Counted from the first letter of the stretch, positions 19,372 through 30,632 are shown. The stretch: 64,000 bases of DNA from Brassicibacter mesophilus (GCF_050433385.1 NZ_JBNPXI010000003.1:159939-223938), one strand, 5' to 3'. The notes: a model not told the origin generated them from the sequence alone. Numbers and translations are program-made.

Positions 19372-21098
19372 GAATCTTTCAAAATATTACTGTTGGACAA
19401 CCGAAAAGACTGGTTAAGCCTATCGGATTTACTATTTTGGCTAATTTGGTTAATGTCATTCCGTTTATGTTTTCCATTGAAGCGGTAAGAATTATATTCA
19501 ATGCTTTCAATGGTTCTGGCACAGGTTTGGATACTACTCACCTTTGGATGATTATTGGGAGCTTGTTTGCTTATATGATAGTGATGTTTATCGCAGAGAA
19601 GCCTGCATACCGCCATAGTTATCGTGATGCTTATGAACTCTCTGCAGACGGCAGAGCAAATCTAGCCGAGCACCTGAGGAGGCTTCCACTAGGTTATATT
19701 ATAAGCCGTGATCCAGGTGATCTAGCAAATATGATGATGGGTGATTTTACATTGATTGAAACAGGTGTATCTCATATTGTTCCACAGCTATTTGGCGCAC
19801 TAGTTATGCCGTTGATTGCCTTTGTTTCTCTTTTGTGGATCGACTGGCGTATGTCTATTGCTATGTTTGTGGCACTTCCCCTTGCCATACTTTTATTGTG
19901 GACTTGTTCCAAAATTCAGAAACGTATGGCAGACAGGCAAATGAAATTCAAGCTTGATGCAGGTAACCGCCTGCAGGAATATCTGTTTGGTATTCGTGTT
20001 ATGAAAGCCTATAATCTGGTAGGTGAGAGATTTATCCGTCTTGATAATGCTTTTAAAAAATTAATGAAAGAGTGTATTCGCTTTGAAGCCTTAACAGGTC
20101 CCATCGTGCTTACCACTATAACGCTTATTCGAGCAGGTTTGACACTAATGATTTTGACAGGCTCTTATCTGTTGGTAGGGGGTTCTTTAGATGTACTAAC
20201 CTTTGTAATGTTTTTAGTCATTGGCTCCCGGGTATACGATCCTCTTACCTCTGCTTTGATGAAATATGCAGAACTTCGTTATGATGAGCGAGCAGGCGAA
20301 CGTATTTTGAATTTAATGAATGAACAGGAAATGGGTGGTTATAAAGAACCTAACGGTAGTACTGATATTGTGTTTGAAAATGTTTCCTTCGGCTATGGAG
20401 ACAAGGATGTCTTGCATAATGTTTCTTTGACAATGAAGCAAGGAACATTAACAGCACTTGTAGGACCATCGGGAAGTGGTAAAAGTACGGTACTGAAGCT
20501 GTGTGCAAGATTCTATGATCCAAGTGATGGAAAGGTCACTTTCGGAGGAATTGATGAGTCAATCCTTGACCCTGAAAAGCTAATGAAAAAGATTTCAATG
20601 GTATTTCAGGATGTCTATTTGTTTCAAGATACTATCGGCAATAATATTCGTTTTGGGAAAGAAAATGCTACAGATAAAGAGATGATCGAAGCTGCTAAGA
20701 AAGCCTGCTGCTATGATTTCATTATGGCGCTTCCCAAAGGCTTTGATACTATGGTTGGAGAAGGTGGTTGTACTCTTTCTGGTGGTGAAAAACAACGTAT
20801 TTCCATTGCACGTGCTATGCTAAAAGATGCTCCTGTTGTTCTTCTTGATGAGGCAACAGCTTCACTTGATCCCGAAAATGAAGTTGAGGTGCAAAGGGCG
20901 ATCAGTGAGCTGATTGCAGGCAGAACAGTTATTGTAATTGCTCATCGACTTAAAACCATCAAGGATGCAGACAATATCGTTGTTATGGAGGATGGAAAAG
21001 TTGCTGAGCAAGGTACACATGATGAGCTAATCTGTAAGGATGGGCTTTATAAAAAATTATGGACGATCCAGACCGAATCTAGCGGATGGGAATTATAA
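19368..21098 (+). CDS. ABC exporter, fused permease-ATPase half-transporter (BmrD/YheH-like partner)
   Basis: TMD + NBD: GPSGSGKST, LSGGEKQR, LLLDEAT; ATG 19368 overlaps upstream stop (ATGA) after GGAGGTG, indicating heterodimer pair. Confidence 0.85.
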   Translation: MRIFQNITVGQPKRLVKPIGFTILANLVNVIPFMFSIEAVRIIFNAFNGSGTGLDTTHLWMIIGSLFAYMIVMFIAEKPAYRHSYRDAYELSADGRANLAEHLRRLPLGYIISRDPGDLANMMMGDFTLIETGVSHIVPQLFGALVMPLIAFVSLLWIDWRMSIAMFVALPLAILLLWTCSKIQKRMADRQMKFKLDAGNRLQEYLFGIRVMKAYNLVGERFIRLDNAFKKLMKECIRFEALTGPIVLTTITLIRAGLTLMILTGSYLLVGGSLDVLTFVMFLVIGSRVYDPLTSALMKYAELRYDERAGERILNLMNEQEMGGYKEPNGSTDIVFENVSFGYGDKDVLHNVSLTMKQGTLTALVGPSGSGKSTVLKLCARFYDPSDGKVTFGGIDESILDPEKLMKKISMVFQDVYLFQDTIGNNIRFGKENATDKEMIEAAKKACCYDFIMALPKGFDTMVGEGGCTLSGGEKQRISIARAMLKDAPVVLLDEATASLDPENEVEVQRAISELIAGRTVIVIAHRLKTIKDADNIVVMEDGKVAEQGTHDELICKDGLYKKLWTIQTESSGWEL

Positions 21099-21139
21099 CT
21101 ATTGTACAGGATTAACTATAAAGACTTTGGAGGTTCTAC

Positions 21140-22528
21140 ATGGGAGAAACAATGATTGATCAGAAAGAAAAACAAAAGCAATTTATATTGAACGGTAACC
21201 TATGGAAGGTCATGGTTGATTTATCGTGGCCTGCCATTTTAGCCATGGTGCTGTATGGACTGAATTCAGTTTTGGATGCTGTCTTCATCGGAAATTTTGT
21301 AGGGGAAACTGCTTTAGCAGGGGTTTCTGTAGCGTACCCACTTTCCCAAATAAGCGTAGCGTTTGGCTCCTTAATTGGAGTTGGTGCAGGTTCAGTTTTA
21401 AGTATAGCTCTAGGCAGTCAAGACAAAAAAACACAAGAACGGTTATTAGGAAATGTTAACTGGCTGTCTCTTGCTACAACAGTCATTTATATGGTTCTAG
21501 GGCTGCTCTTTTCAACTAAGCTAGTACAGATTATGGGAGGAAAGGGTGAAGCCTTAGTTTTAGGAGATAGTTATTTTAGAATCACTATTTTGGGAGCATT
21601 TTTTTGGATTTACGGATTAGCTGGAAATATGATCATACGAGCCGAGGGAAAAATGAAATCAGCAGCCGCTATGATGGGAATAGGTCTAACTGCCAATGTG
21701 ATTGCTAATTATGTATTTATTGTGCTCTTTGACTTGGGTGTGGAGGGTGCCGCATGGGGCACTAACATTGGAATGTTGGTATATACCCTACTTGGGTGGA
21801 TATATTTTGGGAAAGGCTATGCTTCATTTAAATCGAAGATTTTTTCTTTGCATCGAGATAAGGATATTATAAAATCCATTTTAAGCTTGGGGATGTCTGC
21901 TCTAATTATGAGCATTATGAACCTGATGCAGGCCATCGTTGTTTTTAATGCATTATCAAAATATGGTACAACGGCAGACGTTGCTTTTTACGGAGCAGTA
22001 TATCGTATATTCACATTCCTACTTACTCCAATTTTTGGATTGATGCGTGCGCTGCAGCCTGTGATTGGAATCAATTATGGAGCAAGGCAGTATAACCGTG
22101 TTATTCGCTGCTATAAAATATTTGCTATTGCTTCTATGGTACTGACGTTGCCTTTTTGGATTGTTTCCATGATAGCTCCTAGATCAGTTTTGGAATTGAT
22201 GCTGGCGGAGCAACTTTTTACAAAAACACAATTCTTGTACTTTAGGACCTATATGGGGACTTTGCCAGCATTGTCAATTATCTTTATGGCAATGACATTT
22301 TTCCCGTCTATCGATAAAGGAAAGCCTGCTGCTCTCATCGGTATCGTAAGGCAACTAATTTTTTATGTACCAGTCATGTTGATTTTGCCCAAAATGATTG
22401 GCATATCAGGAATATATTATGGCTCCTTTGCAATTGAGGTGGTTATTATCCTATGGACAATTATTATGGTAAAAAGAGAATTTTCTGTGCTTCGTCTAAA
22501 AGACTCAAGTTCAACGCTTAGGGTATGA
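21140..22528 (+). CDS. MATE-family efflux transporter
   Basis: 462 aa, 12 TM, N-terminal LWKVMVDLSWPAILAMVLYGLNSVLDAVFIGNFVGETALAGVSVAYP typical MATE. Confidence 0.8.
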   Translation: MGETMIDQKEKQKQFILNGNLWKVMVDLSWPAILAMVLYGLNSVLDAVFIGNFVGETALAGVSVAYPLSQISVAFGSLIGVGAGSVLSIALGSQDKKTQERLLGNVNWLSLATTVIYMVLGLLFSTKLVQIMGGKGEALVLGDSYFRITILGAFFWIYGLAGNMIIRAEGKMKSAAAMMGIGLTANVIANYVFIVLFDLGVEGAAWGTNIGMLVYTLLGWIYFGKGYASFKSKIFSLHRDKDIIKSILSLGMSALIMSIMNLMQAIVVFNALSKYGTTADVAFYGAVYRIFTFLLTPIFGLMRALQPVIGINYGARQYNRVIRCYKIFAIASMVLTLPFWIVSMIAPRSVLELMLAEQLFTKTQFLYFRTYMGTLPALSIIFMAMTFFPSIDKGKPAALIGIVRQLIFYVPVMLILPKMIGISGIYYGSFAIEVVIILWTIIMVKREFSVLRLKDSSSTLRV

Positions 22529-22610
22529 TCGTTGCCAATGCAAAGAATCGGATAATAGGAAGGATTAAAATCATTGACTAATGACGAATTGTACTAATAG
22601 AATTTTTTCA

Positions 22611-22662
22611 GGGCTAAGTGTCTTTTATCAATAAATATTGAAAAGGCACTTAGCTTTTTTAT
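22611..22662 (+). terminator. rho-independent terminator after MATE gene
   Basis: GGGCTAAGTGTCTTTT...AAAAGGCACTTAGC long stem (one G.U) followed by TTTTTTAT. Confidence 0.6.
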
Positions 22663-22867
22663 ACTCTCCAAAATCTTTTAAAACACAACAGCATCATATA
22701 AAAATTTATAAAAAGAAAGGGGATGTAAAACAGTGATGATGACTATGGAAGAAAGAGTGATTTGATCATCAACATTTGCCCTCTTGTTTATAAAGATCAA
22801 ATATAATAATATATAGATTATTAGAAACACTAAATATGCAAAGCATTAAACAAAAAGGAATGATAAG

Positions 22868-24784
22868 ATGTTAAATTTTTTACCTATAAATAAACAAGAT
22901 ATGAAAGAACGAGGATGGGAACAGCTTGATTTTGTATTAGTTACAGGGGATGCATATGTTGACCATCCTTCATTCGGAGTTGCAATAATAGGAAGATTTC
23001 TAGAAAGTAGAGGATATAAAGTTGGGATTATTGCTCAGCCTTGTTGGAAGGACGCTGAGGACTTTAAAAAATTAGGAAGACCTAGACTAGCATTTTTAAT
23101 AACTGGTGGTAACATAGATTCTATGGTCAATCACTATACAGTAGCAAAGAAAAAGAGGAGAGAAGATGCATACTCACCTGGGGGCAAAGCAGATCTTCGT
23201 CCGGACAGAGCTTCCATAGTTTATAGTCATAGAGCTAAAGAAGCCTATAAGAATATTCCGGTTATACTTGGTGGAATTGAAGCAAGCTTAAGAAGATTTG
23301 CACACTATGACTATTGGGATAATAAAGTCAGAAGATCAATACTTCTAGATGCAAAAGCTGATATTATAGTGTATGGAATGGGAGAAGGTCAAATAATTGA
23401 AATTGCAGAAGCATTAGAAAGTGGACTTCCTATTGAAGAAATAACATTCATTAAAGGAACCGTATACAAAACAAAAGACATAGATAGACCATATAAACCA
23501 ATTATACTTCCATCATATGATGATATACTAGTATCTAAGGAAAAATATGCAGAAAGCTTTATGACTCAATATGAGAATATGGATGCAATTACTGCTAAGC
23601 CGTTAGTAGAGCCATATAGAAATGTATATGTTGTACAAAACCCTCCTAATGAACCATTATCTCAATCTGAGCTAGATAGTGTGTATGCATTGCCATATAT
23701 GAGAACATATCATCCTATATATGAGAAGGATGGTGGGGTTCCTGCTATAGAAGAAATAAAGTTCAGCGTTATAAGTAATAGAGGTTGTTTTGGAAGCTGC
23801 AATTTCTGTGCTCTTGCATTTCATCAAGGCAGAGTTGTTCAATCGAGAAGTCATCAATCCATCGTATCAGAAGCAGAAAAAATTGTATGGGATCCAGACT
23901 TTAAAGGTTATATCCATGATGTAGGTGGACCGACTGCAAACTTCAGAGATAGGGCATGCGAAAAACAAGTCAAGTTTGGCGTTTGTAAAAATAAGCAGTG
24001 TCTTTTTCCAAAGCCTTGTAAACAGCTTAAAATAGACCATAAAGATTATCTTAATTTACTACGAAAGCTTAGAGACCTTCCAAATGTGAAAAAAGTGTTT
24101 ATCCGTTCAGGTATAAGGTATGACTATTTGATACATGACAAGGATGATGAGTTTTTCAGAGAGCTTTGTGAGCACCATGTAAGTGGACAGCTTAAGGTTG
24201 CACCTGAACATGTATCATCAAATGTCTTGGAGAAAATGGGTAAGCCGGGAAGAGAAGTATATGAGAGATTTGTAAATAAATATAATAAGATAAATAAAGA
24301 GCTTGGAATGAACCAATTTTTAGTTCCATATCTTATGTCAAGTCATCCAGGATCTACACTTAAAGACGCCATAGAGTTGGCTGAATACTTAAGAGATTTA
24401 GGATATATGCCTGAGCAGGTACAAGATTTTTATCCGACGCCAGGGACGCTATCTACATGTATGTATTATACAGAACTTGACCCTAGAAGCATGAAAAAGG
24501 TTTATATACCAAAGTCACCTCATGAAAAGGCAATGCAAAGAGCATTAATTCAGTATCGCAAGCCGCAAAATTATGAATTAGTTTATGAGGCACTTCAAAA
24601 AGCAAGCAGAATGGATTTAGTAGGCTTTGGAACTAAGTGTTTAATACGTCCTAGGAAACAGCAAAGAAATACAAAAAATACAGATAATATAAACAAGAAG
24701 AATGATAAATCTAGAAAGTTCTCGCGTTCACAAAAAAATCAAAAAAATAAATCTATAAAAGGTAAATCAAAAAAACAAAGATAA
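22868..24784 (+). CDS. YgiQ-family radical SAM protein (UPF0313)
   Basis: N-terminus [34 protein letters not shown] and CxxxCxxC (CFGSCNFC) radical-SAM cluster; K/Q-rich C-terminal tail. Confidence 0.85.
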   Translation: MLNFLPINKQDMKERGWEQLDFVLVTGDAYVDHPSFGVAIIGRFLESRGYKVGIIAQPCWKDAEDFKKLGRPRLAFLITGGNIDSMVNHYTVAKKKRREDAYSPGGKADLRPDRASIVYSHRAKEAYKNIPVILGGIEASLRRFAHYDYWDNKVRRSILLDAKADIIVYGMGEGQIIEIAEALESGLPIEEITFIKGTVYKTKDIDRPYKPIILPSYDDILVSKEKYAESFMTQYENMDAITAKPLVEPYRNVYVVQNPPNEPLSQSELDSVYALPYMRTYHPIYEKDGGVPAIEEIKFSVISNRGCFGSCNFCALAFHQGRVVQSRSHQSIVSEAEKIVWDPDFKGYIHDVGGPTANFRDRACEKQVKFGVCKNKQCLFPKPCKQLKIDHKDYLNLLRKLRDLPNVKKVFIRSGIRYDYLIHDKDDEFFRELCEHHVSGQLKVAPEHVSSNVLEKMGKPGREVYERFVNKYNKINKELGMNQFLVPYLMSSHPGSTLKDAIELAEYLRDLGYMPEQVQDFYPTPGTLSTCMYYTELDPRSMKKVYIPKSPHEKAMQRALIQYRKPQNYELVYEALQKASRMDLVGFGTKCLIRPRKQQRNTKNTDNINKKNDKSRKFSRSQKNQKNKSIKGKSKKQR

Positions 24785-24795
24785 GTGTTCATTTT

Positions 24796-24834
24796 AAGCC
24801 TACTGTATTTGATACAGCAGGCTTAATTTTTTTA
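24796..24834 (+). terminator. rho-independent terminator
   Basis: AAGCCTACTGTAT-ttg-ATACAGCAGGCTT followed by AATTTTTTT. Confidence 0.8.
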
Positions 24835-24964
24835 AAAATATGAGACCATTAATTTTTTTACGGAGGAAAAAAACATCTTATGTAGAAATATATGGTTATA
24901 TTACTTTTAACAAAATTCACAATATCATAACTTGATTTTTAACGTCATGTTGGAGGTGTGATAC

Positions 24965-26611
24965 TTGCCAAATCTTCATATTTCATACATAAAAGAATCC
25001 ATTTGTGGTTTATGTAGAAATATTCCTGACAAATATAAAAAAGAATTCTCTGAAGAGATTCTTGAAGCCAATTTGATCAAAGAAGGTAAAATTTCTATTA
25101 TTCTTCTATTTCTAAATATCCTATTGATAATTTTTGATTGTACTTTTCTAATTGATGAATGGTCATATAGACCAGCATACAAATATTTATTCTATTCTCA
25201 TGTATGTATAGTAGTGTTCTTATCACTATTCATTTTATTATTTCACTTAAGAAATAAAACAATATTTACAAGAATTAGTTGCTTTACAAGAATATTAGAG
25301 CTAGGATGTATTGTCATTAATCTAATGTGGTGTGTCTTTTTATCAGTTAATGCTCAGCTTATACATAATCAGATATCGGCATATATTATAGGTGTATTTT
25401 ATGTAGCTTCTGCTTTAACAATCAATCCTTTTTACAGCTTAATTATTTATGTTTCAACCTATCTATTTTTTATAATAGGCCTTTTACGTGTTCAAGATGA
25501 CCCGGCACATTTGATAGGTAATATAGTAAATTCATTGTTTATTTTAATACTTGCATTTACTATTTCTAAGTTTAGATATAATGCATATATTACGGATTTT
25601 ATTAATAGAAAGATTATACGAGAAAATAATAAGGATTTAGATAACTTTGCAAAAGAATTAGAATACATGGTAGAAAAAAGAACAGTAGAATTAACTGAAG
25701 CTAACGAACGTTTGATTAAAGAGATAAATATGAGGCATGAGATTGAGTTACAAGCTATGAAGGCAAGACTTCTTTGTGAAGAAAAAACAAGAATACTAAA
25801 TGAAGCTTTAGAGTATGACAAGCTTAGGACATCATTTTTTGCGAACATTTCACATGAATTAAAAACACCTTTAAATGTAATATATTCTACCCAACAAATG
25901 TTAGCGAAAATATTAATAGATGACAAAAGTAAATATGATGAATACAAAGCTAGTAAGTATATAAACTTAATTAAGCAAAATTGTTACAGATTAGTACGAC
26001 TAATAGGTAATCTTATTGATATAACAAAAATTGATGCAGGCTATTTTGATGTAAATTTTGGAAACTATGATATTGTTAAATTAGTTGAAGACATTGCTTT
26101 GTCAGTAGCAGAATATGCTGAGAATAAGAATATAAATCTAATTTTTGATACAGAGATTGAAGAAAATTTGATCGCTTGTGATCCTGATAGAATAGAACGT
26201 ATTATATTAAATTTATTGTCAAATGCAATAAAATTTACCCCTAAAGATGGATGCATTTATGTAAATGTACATACAAGTATAGACTATGTAGACATATCAG
26301 TAAAAGATACTGGAATAGGCATACCAAAAGATGTACAAGATATAATATTTGGCAGGTTTATTCAAGCTGATAATAAGAATAAAGATGTAAAGGAAGGTAG
26401 TGGAATAGGATTAGCATTAGTAAAATCTCTGGTTGAAATGCATGGTGGCTATATATCACTTATAAGCGATATTGGAAAAGGAAGCGAATTTATAATACAT
26501 TTACCCAATCATATATTAGAAGTTAGTGATACTGAAAAGACAGATTCCGATTACTATAGAGATCAAAAAATAGAAAATATCAATATTGAATTTTCTGATA
26601 TATATTCCTGA
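24965..26611 (+). CDS. membrane sensor histidine kinase (orphan; no adjacent response regulator)
   Basis: N-terminal ~6 TM helices, HisKA H-box FFANISHELKTPLN, HATPase_c N/G boxes (LSNAIKFT, DTGIGIP, GSGIGL); TTG start after GGAGGTG. Confidence 0.8.
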   Translation: MPNLHISYIKESICGLCRNIPDKYKKEFSEEILEANLIKEGKISIILLFLNILLIIFDCTFLIDEWSYRPAYKYLFYSHVCIVVFLSLFILLFHLRNKTIFTRISCFTRILELGCIVINLMWCVFLSVNAQLIHNQISAYIIGVFYVASALTINPFYSLIIYVSTYLFFIIGLLRVQDDPAHLIGNIVNSLFILILAFTISKFRYNAYITDFINRKIIRENNKDLDNFAKELEYMVEKRTVELTEANERLIKEINMRHEIELQAMKARLLCEEKTRILNEALEYDKLRTSFFANISHELKTPLNVIYSTQQMLAKILIDDKSKYDEYKASKYINLIKQNCYRLVRLIGNLIDITKIDAGYFDVNFGNYDIVKLVEDIALSVAEYAENKNINLIFDTEIEENLIACDPDRIERIILNLLSNAIKFTPKDGCIYVNVHTSIDYVDISVKDTGIGIPKDVQDIIFGRFIQADNKNKDVKEGSGIGLALVKSLVEMHGGYISLISDIGKGSEFIIHLPNHILEVSDTEKTDSDYYRDQKIENINIEFSDIYS

Positions 26612-26613
26612 AA

Positions 26614-26646
26614 AAGGCAGAAATAATTTCTGTCTTCTTTATTTTA
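26614..26646 (+). terminator. rho-independent terminator
   Basis: GGCAGAAAT-aa-TTTCTGTC stem followed by TTCTTTATTTT. Confidence 0.65.
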
Positions 26647-26744
26647 AAAATTTATTTTGGTTAAAATAAAAATACACTAATATACTAGAAGGATTAAGTT
26701 TCACTTTATATTTGATTTTTAAGCTGAATGTGATAAAATAAGCC

Positions 26745-28604
26745 TTGTTGAAAAATTCTAAAAAAGAAAGAGGAATTACATTGAATAAACAAAGGAACGA
26801 TATTAGAAATATAGCAATAATTGCCCACGTAGATCATGGTAAGACTACATTAGTGGATGAATTATTAAAGCAAAGTGGAACTTTCAGGTCAAATCAAGTA
26901 GTACAAGAGAGAGTTATGGATTCGAATGACTTAGAAAGAGAAAGAGGAATTACAATATTATCAAAAAATACTGCTGTTCACTATAAAGGTACGAAGATAA
27001 ATATAGTAGATACTCCAGGACATGCTGACTTTGGCGGAGAGGTTGAGCGTGTTTTAAAAATGGTTAGTGGTGTTGTACTTGTGGTAGATGCATTTGAAGG
27101 TCCAATGCCACAGACAAAGTTTGTTTTAAAAAAGGCATTAGAACTAAACCTTCCAGTTATAGTATGTATCAATAAAATAGATAGACCAGAAGCTAGACCT
27201 AATGAGGTTATAGACGAAGTTCTAGAATTATTCATAGAGCTAGGAGCTAATGATGATCAGCTTGATTGTCCTTTTGTATATGCTTCAGCTAAAAACGGAA
27301 CTGCATCGTTATCACCTGATAAGCAGGATGAAAACATGGAGGCACTTTTTGAAACTGTACTTGAGTTTATACCTGCACCACAAGGTGATGAGAATTATCC
27401 TCTACAGGTATTAATTTCAACTATAGACTATAATGAATATGTTGGAAGAATAGGTGTTGGGAAGATAGAAAGAGGTACTATTAGAGTAAATCAAGATGCA
27501 GTTATGATTAATGCAGAAAAGTCTGATGAAGTAAAAAAAGTAAGAATAACAAAAATTTATGAATTTGAAGGATTAAATAGAGTAGAGGTACAGGAATCTA
27601 AGATAGGAAGTATAATTGCAGTTTCAGGTGTAGAAGGAATCCATATAGGAGATACAATATGTGATGTATCTACACCAGAGGCTTTACCATTTGTCAAGAT
27701 ATCAGAGCCAACTATTGCTATGACATTCTCTGTAAATAACAGTCCTTTTGCAGGTCAAGAGGGTAAATTTGTTACATCAAGACAAGTAAGAGATAGATTG
27801 TTTAAGGAACTTAATACAGATGTAAGCTTAAGAGTAGAAGAAACAGACTCTACAGATGCATTCAAGGTATCAGGAAGAGGTGAGCTTCATTTATCTATTC
27901 TAATTGAAACAATGAGAAGAGAAGGATATGAGTTCCAAGTATCAAAGCCAGAGGTATTATTTAAAACTATAGATGGTAAAAAATGTGAACCTATGGAAAG
28001 AGTTACTATAGATGTACCTGAAGAGTTTGTTGGATCAGTTATAGAAAAGTTGGGAAGAAGAAAAGGCGAACTTGTTAATATGACAAATTCAAACGTTGGG
28101 TATACTCGTCTTGAATTTTCGATTCCAGCTAGAGGACTTATTGGTTATCGTTCAGAGTTTATGACCGATACTAAGGGTAATGGTATATTAAACTCTATAT
28201 TTGATGGATATGAGGATTATAAGGGAGATATATCTACACGCTCACAAGGTTCATTAGTTTCATTTGAAACTGGAGAGGCTGTTGCTTATGGACTTAGTGC
28301 AGCACAAGAAAGAGGATTATTATTTATTAGTCCTGGAACAAAGGTATATGCAGGAATGGTAGTTGGTCAAAATGCTAAAATTGATGATATAGATGTAAAT
28401 GTATGTAAGAAAAAACAGCTTACGAATACTAGAGCATCAGGTTCTGACGATGCATTAAGATTAACTACTCCAAAAACATTAAGTTTAGAGGAAGCATTAG
28501 AGTTTATCGAAGATGATGAGCTTGTGGAAGTTACTCCGAAAAGCTTAAGAATACGTAAGAGAATTCTAGATAAAAGCTTAAGATATAAGGCTAAGAAGAA
28601 ATAA
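26745..28604 (+). CDS. typA: translational GTPase TypA/BipA
   Basis: IRNIAIIAHVDHGKTTLVD G1, DTPGHADF G3, NKID G4; 619 aa; possible true start TTG 26781 after AGAGGAA. Confidence 0.9.
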   Translation: MLKNSKKERGITLNKQRNDIRNIAIIAHVDHGKTTLVDELLKQSGTFRSNQVVQERVMDSNDLERERGITILSKNTAVHYKGTKINIVDTPGHADFGGEVERVLKMVSGVVLVVDAFEGPMPQTKFVLKKALELNLPVIVCINKIDRPEARPNEVIDEVLELFIELGANDDQLDCPFVYASAKNGTASLSPDKQDENMEALFETVLEFIPAPQGDENYPLQVLISTIDYNEYVGRIGVGKIERGTIRVNQDAVMINAEKSDEVKKVRITKIYEFEGLNRVEVQESKIGSIIAVSGVEGIHIGDTICDVSTPEALPFVKISEPTIAMTFSVNNSPFAGQEGKFVTSRQVRDRLFKELNTDVSLRVEETDSTDAFKVSGRGELHLSILIETMRREGYEFQVSKPEVLFKTIDGKKCEPMERVTIDVPEEFVGSVIEKLGRRKGELVNMTNSNVGYTRLEFSIPARGLIGYRSEFMTDTKGNGILNSIFDGYEDYKGDISTRSQGSLVSFETGEAVAYGLSAAQERGLLFISPGTKVYAGMVVGQNAKIDDIDVNVCKKKQLTNTRASGSDDALRLTTPKTLSLEEALEFIEDDELVEVTPKSLRIRKRILDKSLRYKAKKK

Positions 28605-28779
28605 GATTAATTAGTTTAGCTAGATAAACAAGAGTCACTATCTCTATAAAATAACAATGTAGAGATAGTGACTTTCTGTTATCTAGAAAAAATTAAGTTA
28701 TTAAAACCATTGAAGGAAATCAAAAAAATATATAGAACATTTATAAAGCAAGTACTTTAGAAAAATAGGAGGAATTACA

Positions 28780-30468
28780 ATGACTGATATTTGCAAAGAA
28801 AAAGTATCTTTTGAAAATGTCGTGGCTTTAGAAGAACGCTTTAAAGATATGCTTAATAAAAAAATAAAAGGAGTAAAGGATTTAGAAGATTGGCTTATAC
28901 AAGAAAGTCGGATTTATGATGAAATAAAAGAGATATCAGATAGGAATTACATAGATTTTCAGTGTCATAATGATGATGAGGATATCAAGAGTAGATTTAT
29001 TTACCAGCAGGAAACTGTAATGCCTATAGTGAAAAAATATCAGGCTTTATTTGATAAGTTTTTTTATGATAACCAATATAGAGAAGAACTAGATAAGGAA
29101 AAATATGAACACTTGATTAAGAGTAAAATAAACTCTATTGAGATTTTTAGACAAGAAAATATAGAGTTTGAAGTCCAGCAAGATAAATTAAGCACTGAGT
29201 ATTTTGATATCACAGGAAAGATGACTGTATATTGGGATGGAGAAGAAAAAACATTTCCTCAGATGTCTATATTTCTTAAGGATCCTGACAGACATATAAG
29301 ACAAAAAACTTGGGAACTGATTAATACAAGAAAACTTCGTGATTCTGAGAAACTTGATGAAATAATGAATGAGCTTATAAAAATAAGAAAAAAGGTCGCA
29401 CAAAACGTTGGGTTACCAAATTTCAGAGACTATATGTTTAGAAAATATGAGAGATTTTCATACACTCCTGAACAATGCTATGAATTTCATGACTCTATTT
29501 TGAAATATGTTGTTCCACTTAAAGTGAAAATAGAAAAACAACATCAAAAAGAATTAGAAATTAATGACTATAGACCATGGGATGTAGATGCTGTACCTAA
29601 AGATATTAAACCTTTAAAGCCTTTTAAAGAGATTGATGAGCTGATAGAAGGAGTTATTAGAATATTTAATAGAACTGATAAGGAGTTTGCAGAAGTACTA
29701 CAAAGGATGAGAGATAACGAACTTTTAGATCTTGAGAGCAGAAAAGCAAAATCACCAGGTGGATTCTGCACGTATCTTCCAATATCGAAGCTCCCATTTA
29801 TATTTATGAATGCAGCAGGAACTCACGATGATATGACTACTCTTGTTCATGAAGGTGGACATTCTATACACGATATACTAAGTTCAAATATAGCTATTTC
29901 AAAATATAGAGATACACCTATGGAGGCCGCAGAGTTTGCTTCTATGGGTATGGAACTATTAAGCATGGATAAATGGGATGAATTCTATCATAATGAGGAC
30001 GAACTTAAGCAGGCTAAAAGAGAGCACCTTGAAGGTATAATAAAATTTCTGCCATGGGCTATGACTGTAGACAAGTTTCAACATTGGATGTATTTAAATC
30101 CAAATCATACTTCAGAACAGAGAAATAATGAGTTTATGAGAATTGCAAAAGAATTTATGTATTCGCATATCGATTGGACTGGGTATGAAGAGGAATTAAA
30201 GCATAGATGGAAATTACAGCTTCATATATATGAAGTTCCATTCTATTATATTGAATATGCTATAGCTCAGCTAGCAGCACTCCAGATATGGAAGCAATAC
30301 AAGGAAAATCCACAAAGTGCTATTAAAAATTATAAGAAGGCGCTATCTCTTGGAAACTCTAAATCACTTCCAGAAATATATAAGACGGCAGGTTTTGAAT
30401 TTGATTTTTCAGAAACAACCATTAAAGAACTTATGGATTTTGTGTGGAGTGAGATAGAAAGACTATAA
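28780..30468 (+). CDS. M3-family oligoendopeptidase (PepF-like)
   Basis: Zinc-binding HEGGHSIHD (HExxH) and downstream E; 562 aa. Confidence 0.8.
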   Translation: MTDICKEKVSFENVVALEERFKDMLNKKIKGVKDLEDWLIQESRIYDEIKEISDRNYIDFQCHNDDEDIKSRFIYQQETVMPIVKKYQALFDKFFYDNQYREELDKEKYEHLIKSKINSIEIFRQENIEFEVQQDKLSTEYFDITGKMTVYWDGEEKTFPQMSIFLKDPDRHIRQKTWELINTRKLRDSEKLDEIMNELIKIRKKVAQNVGLPNFRDYMFRKYERFSYTPEQCYEFHDSILKYVVPLKVKIEKQHQKELEINDYRPWDVDAVPKDIKPLKPFKEIDELIEGVIRIFNRTDKEFAEVLQRMRDNELLDLESRKAKSPGGFCTYLPISKLPFIFMNAAGTHDDMTTLVHEGGHSIHDILSSNIAISKYRDTPMEAAEFASMGMELLSMDKWDEFYHNEDELKQAKREHLEGIIKFLPWAMTVDKFQHWMYLNPNHTSEQRNNEFMRIAKEFMYSHIDWTGYEEELKHRWKLQLHIYEVPFYYIEYAIAQLAALQIWKQYKENPQSAIKNYKKALSLGNSKSLPEIYKTAGFEFDFSETTIKELMDFVWSEIERL

Positions 30469-30632
30469 TGATATTTTTTTTCACATTATTACAAAATGGT
30501 TAAATTTATGACAAAAAAAAGGTGTTTCCAAAATATTGTAGAAATGTTTATATTATTAATGCTACTCACTTATCATATAGTATAATAATGCCTATTTTAT
30601 CTGATAAATGTTAATGAAAGGGGGGATATAGA

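Noticed and set aside
21226-21459. 77-aa + strand ORF rich in Cys/Arg
   Set aside because: Alternative frame within MATE transporter gene in GC-richer region
22700-22765. 10-codon ORF (GTGATGATGACTATGGAAGAAAGAGTGATTTGA) after AAAGGGGA
   Set aside because: Too short, no conservation cue, could be chance in the AT-rich leader of ygiQ
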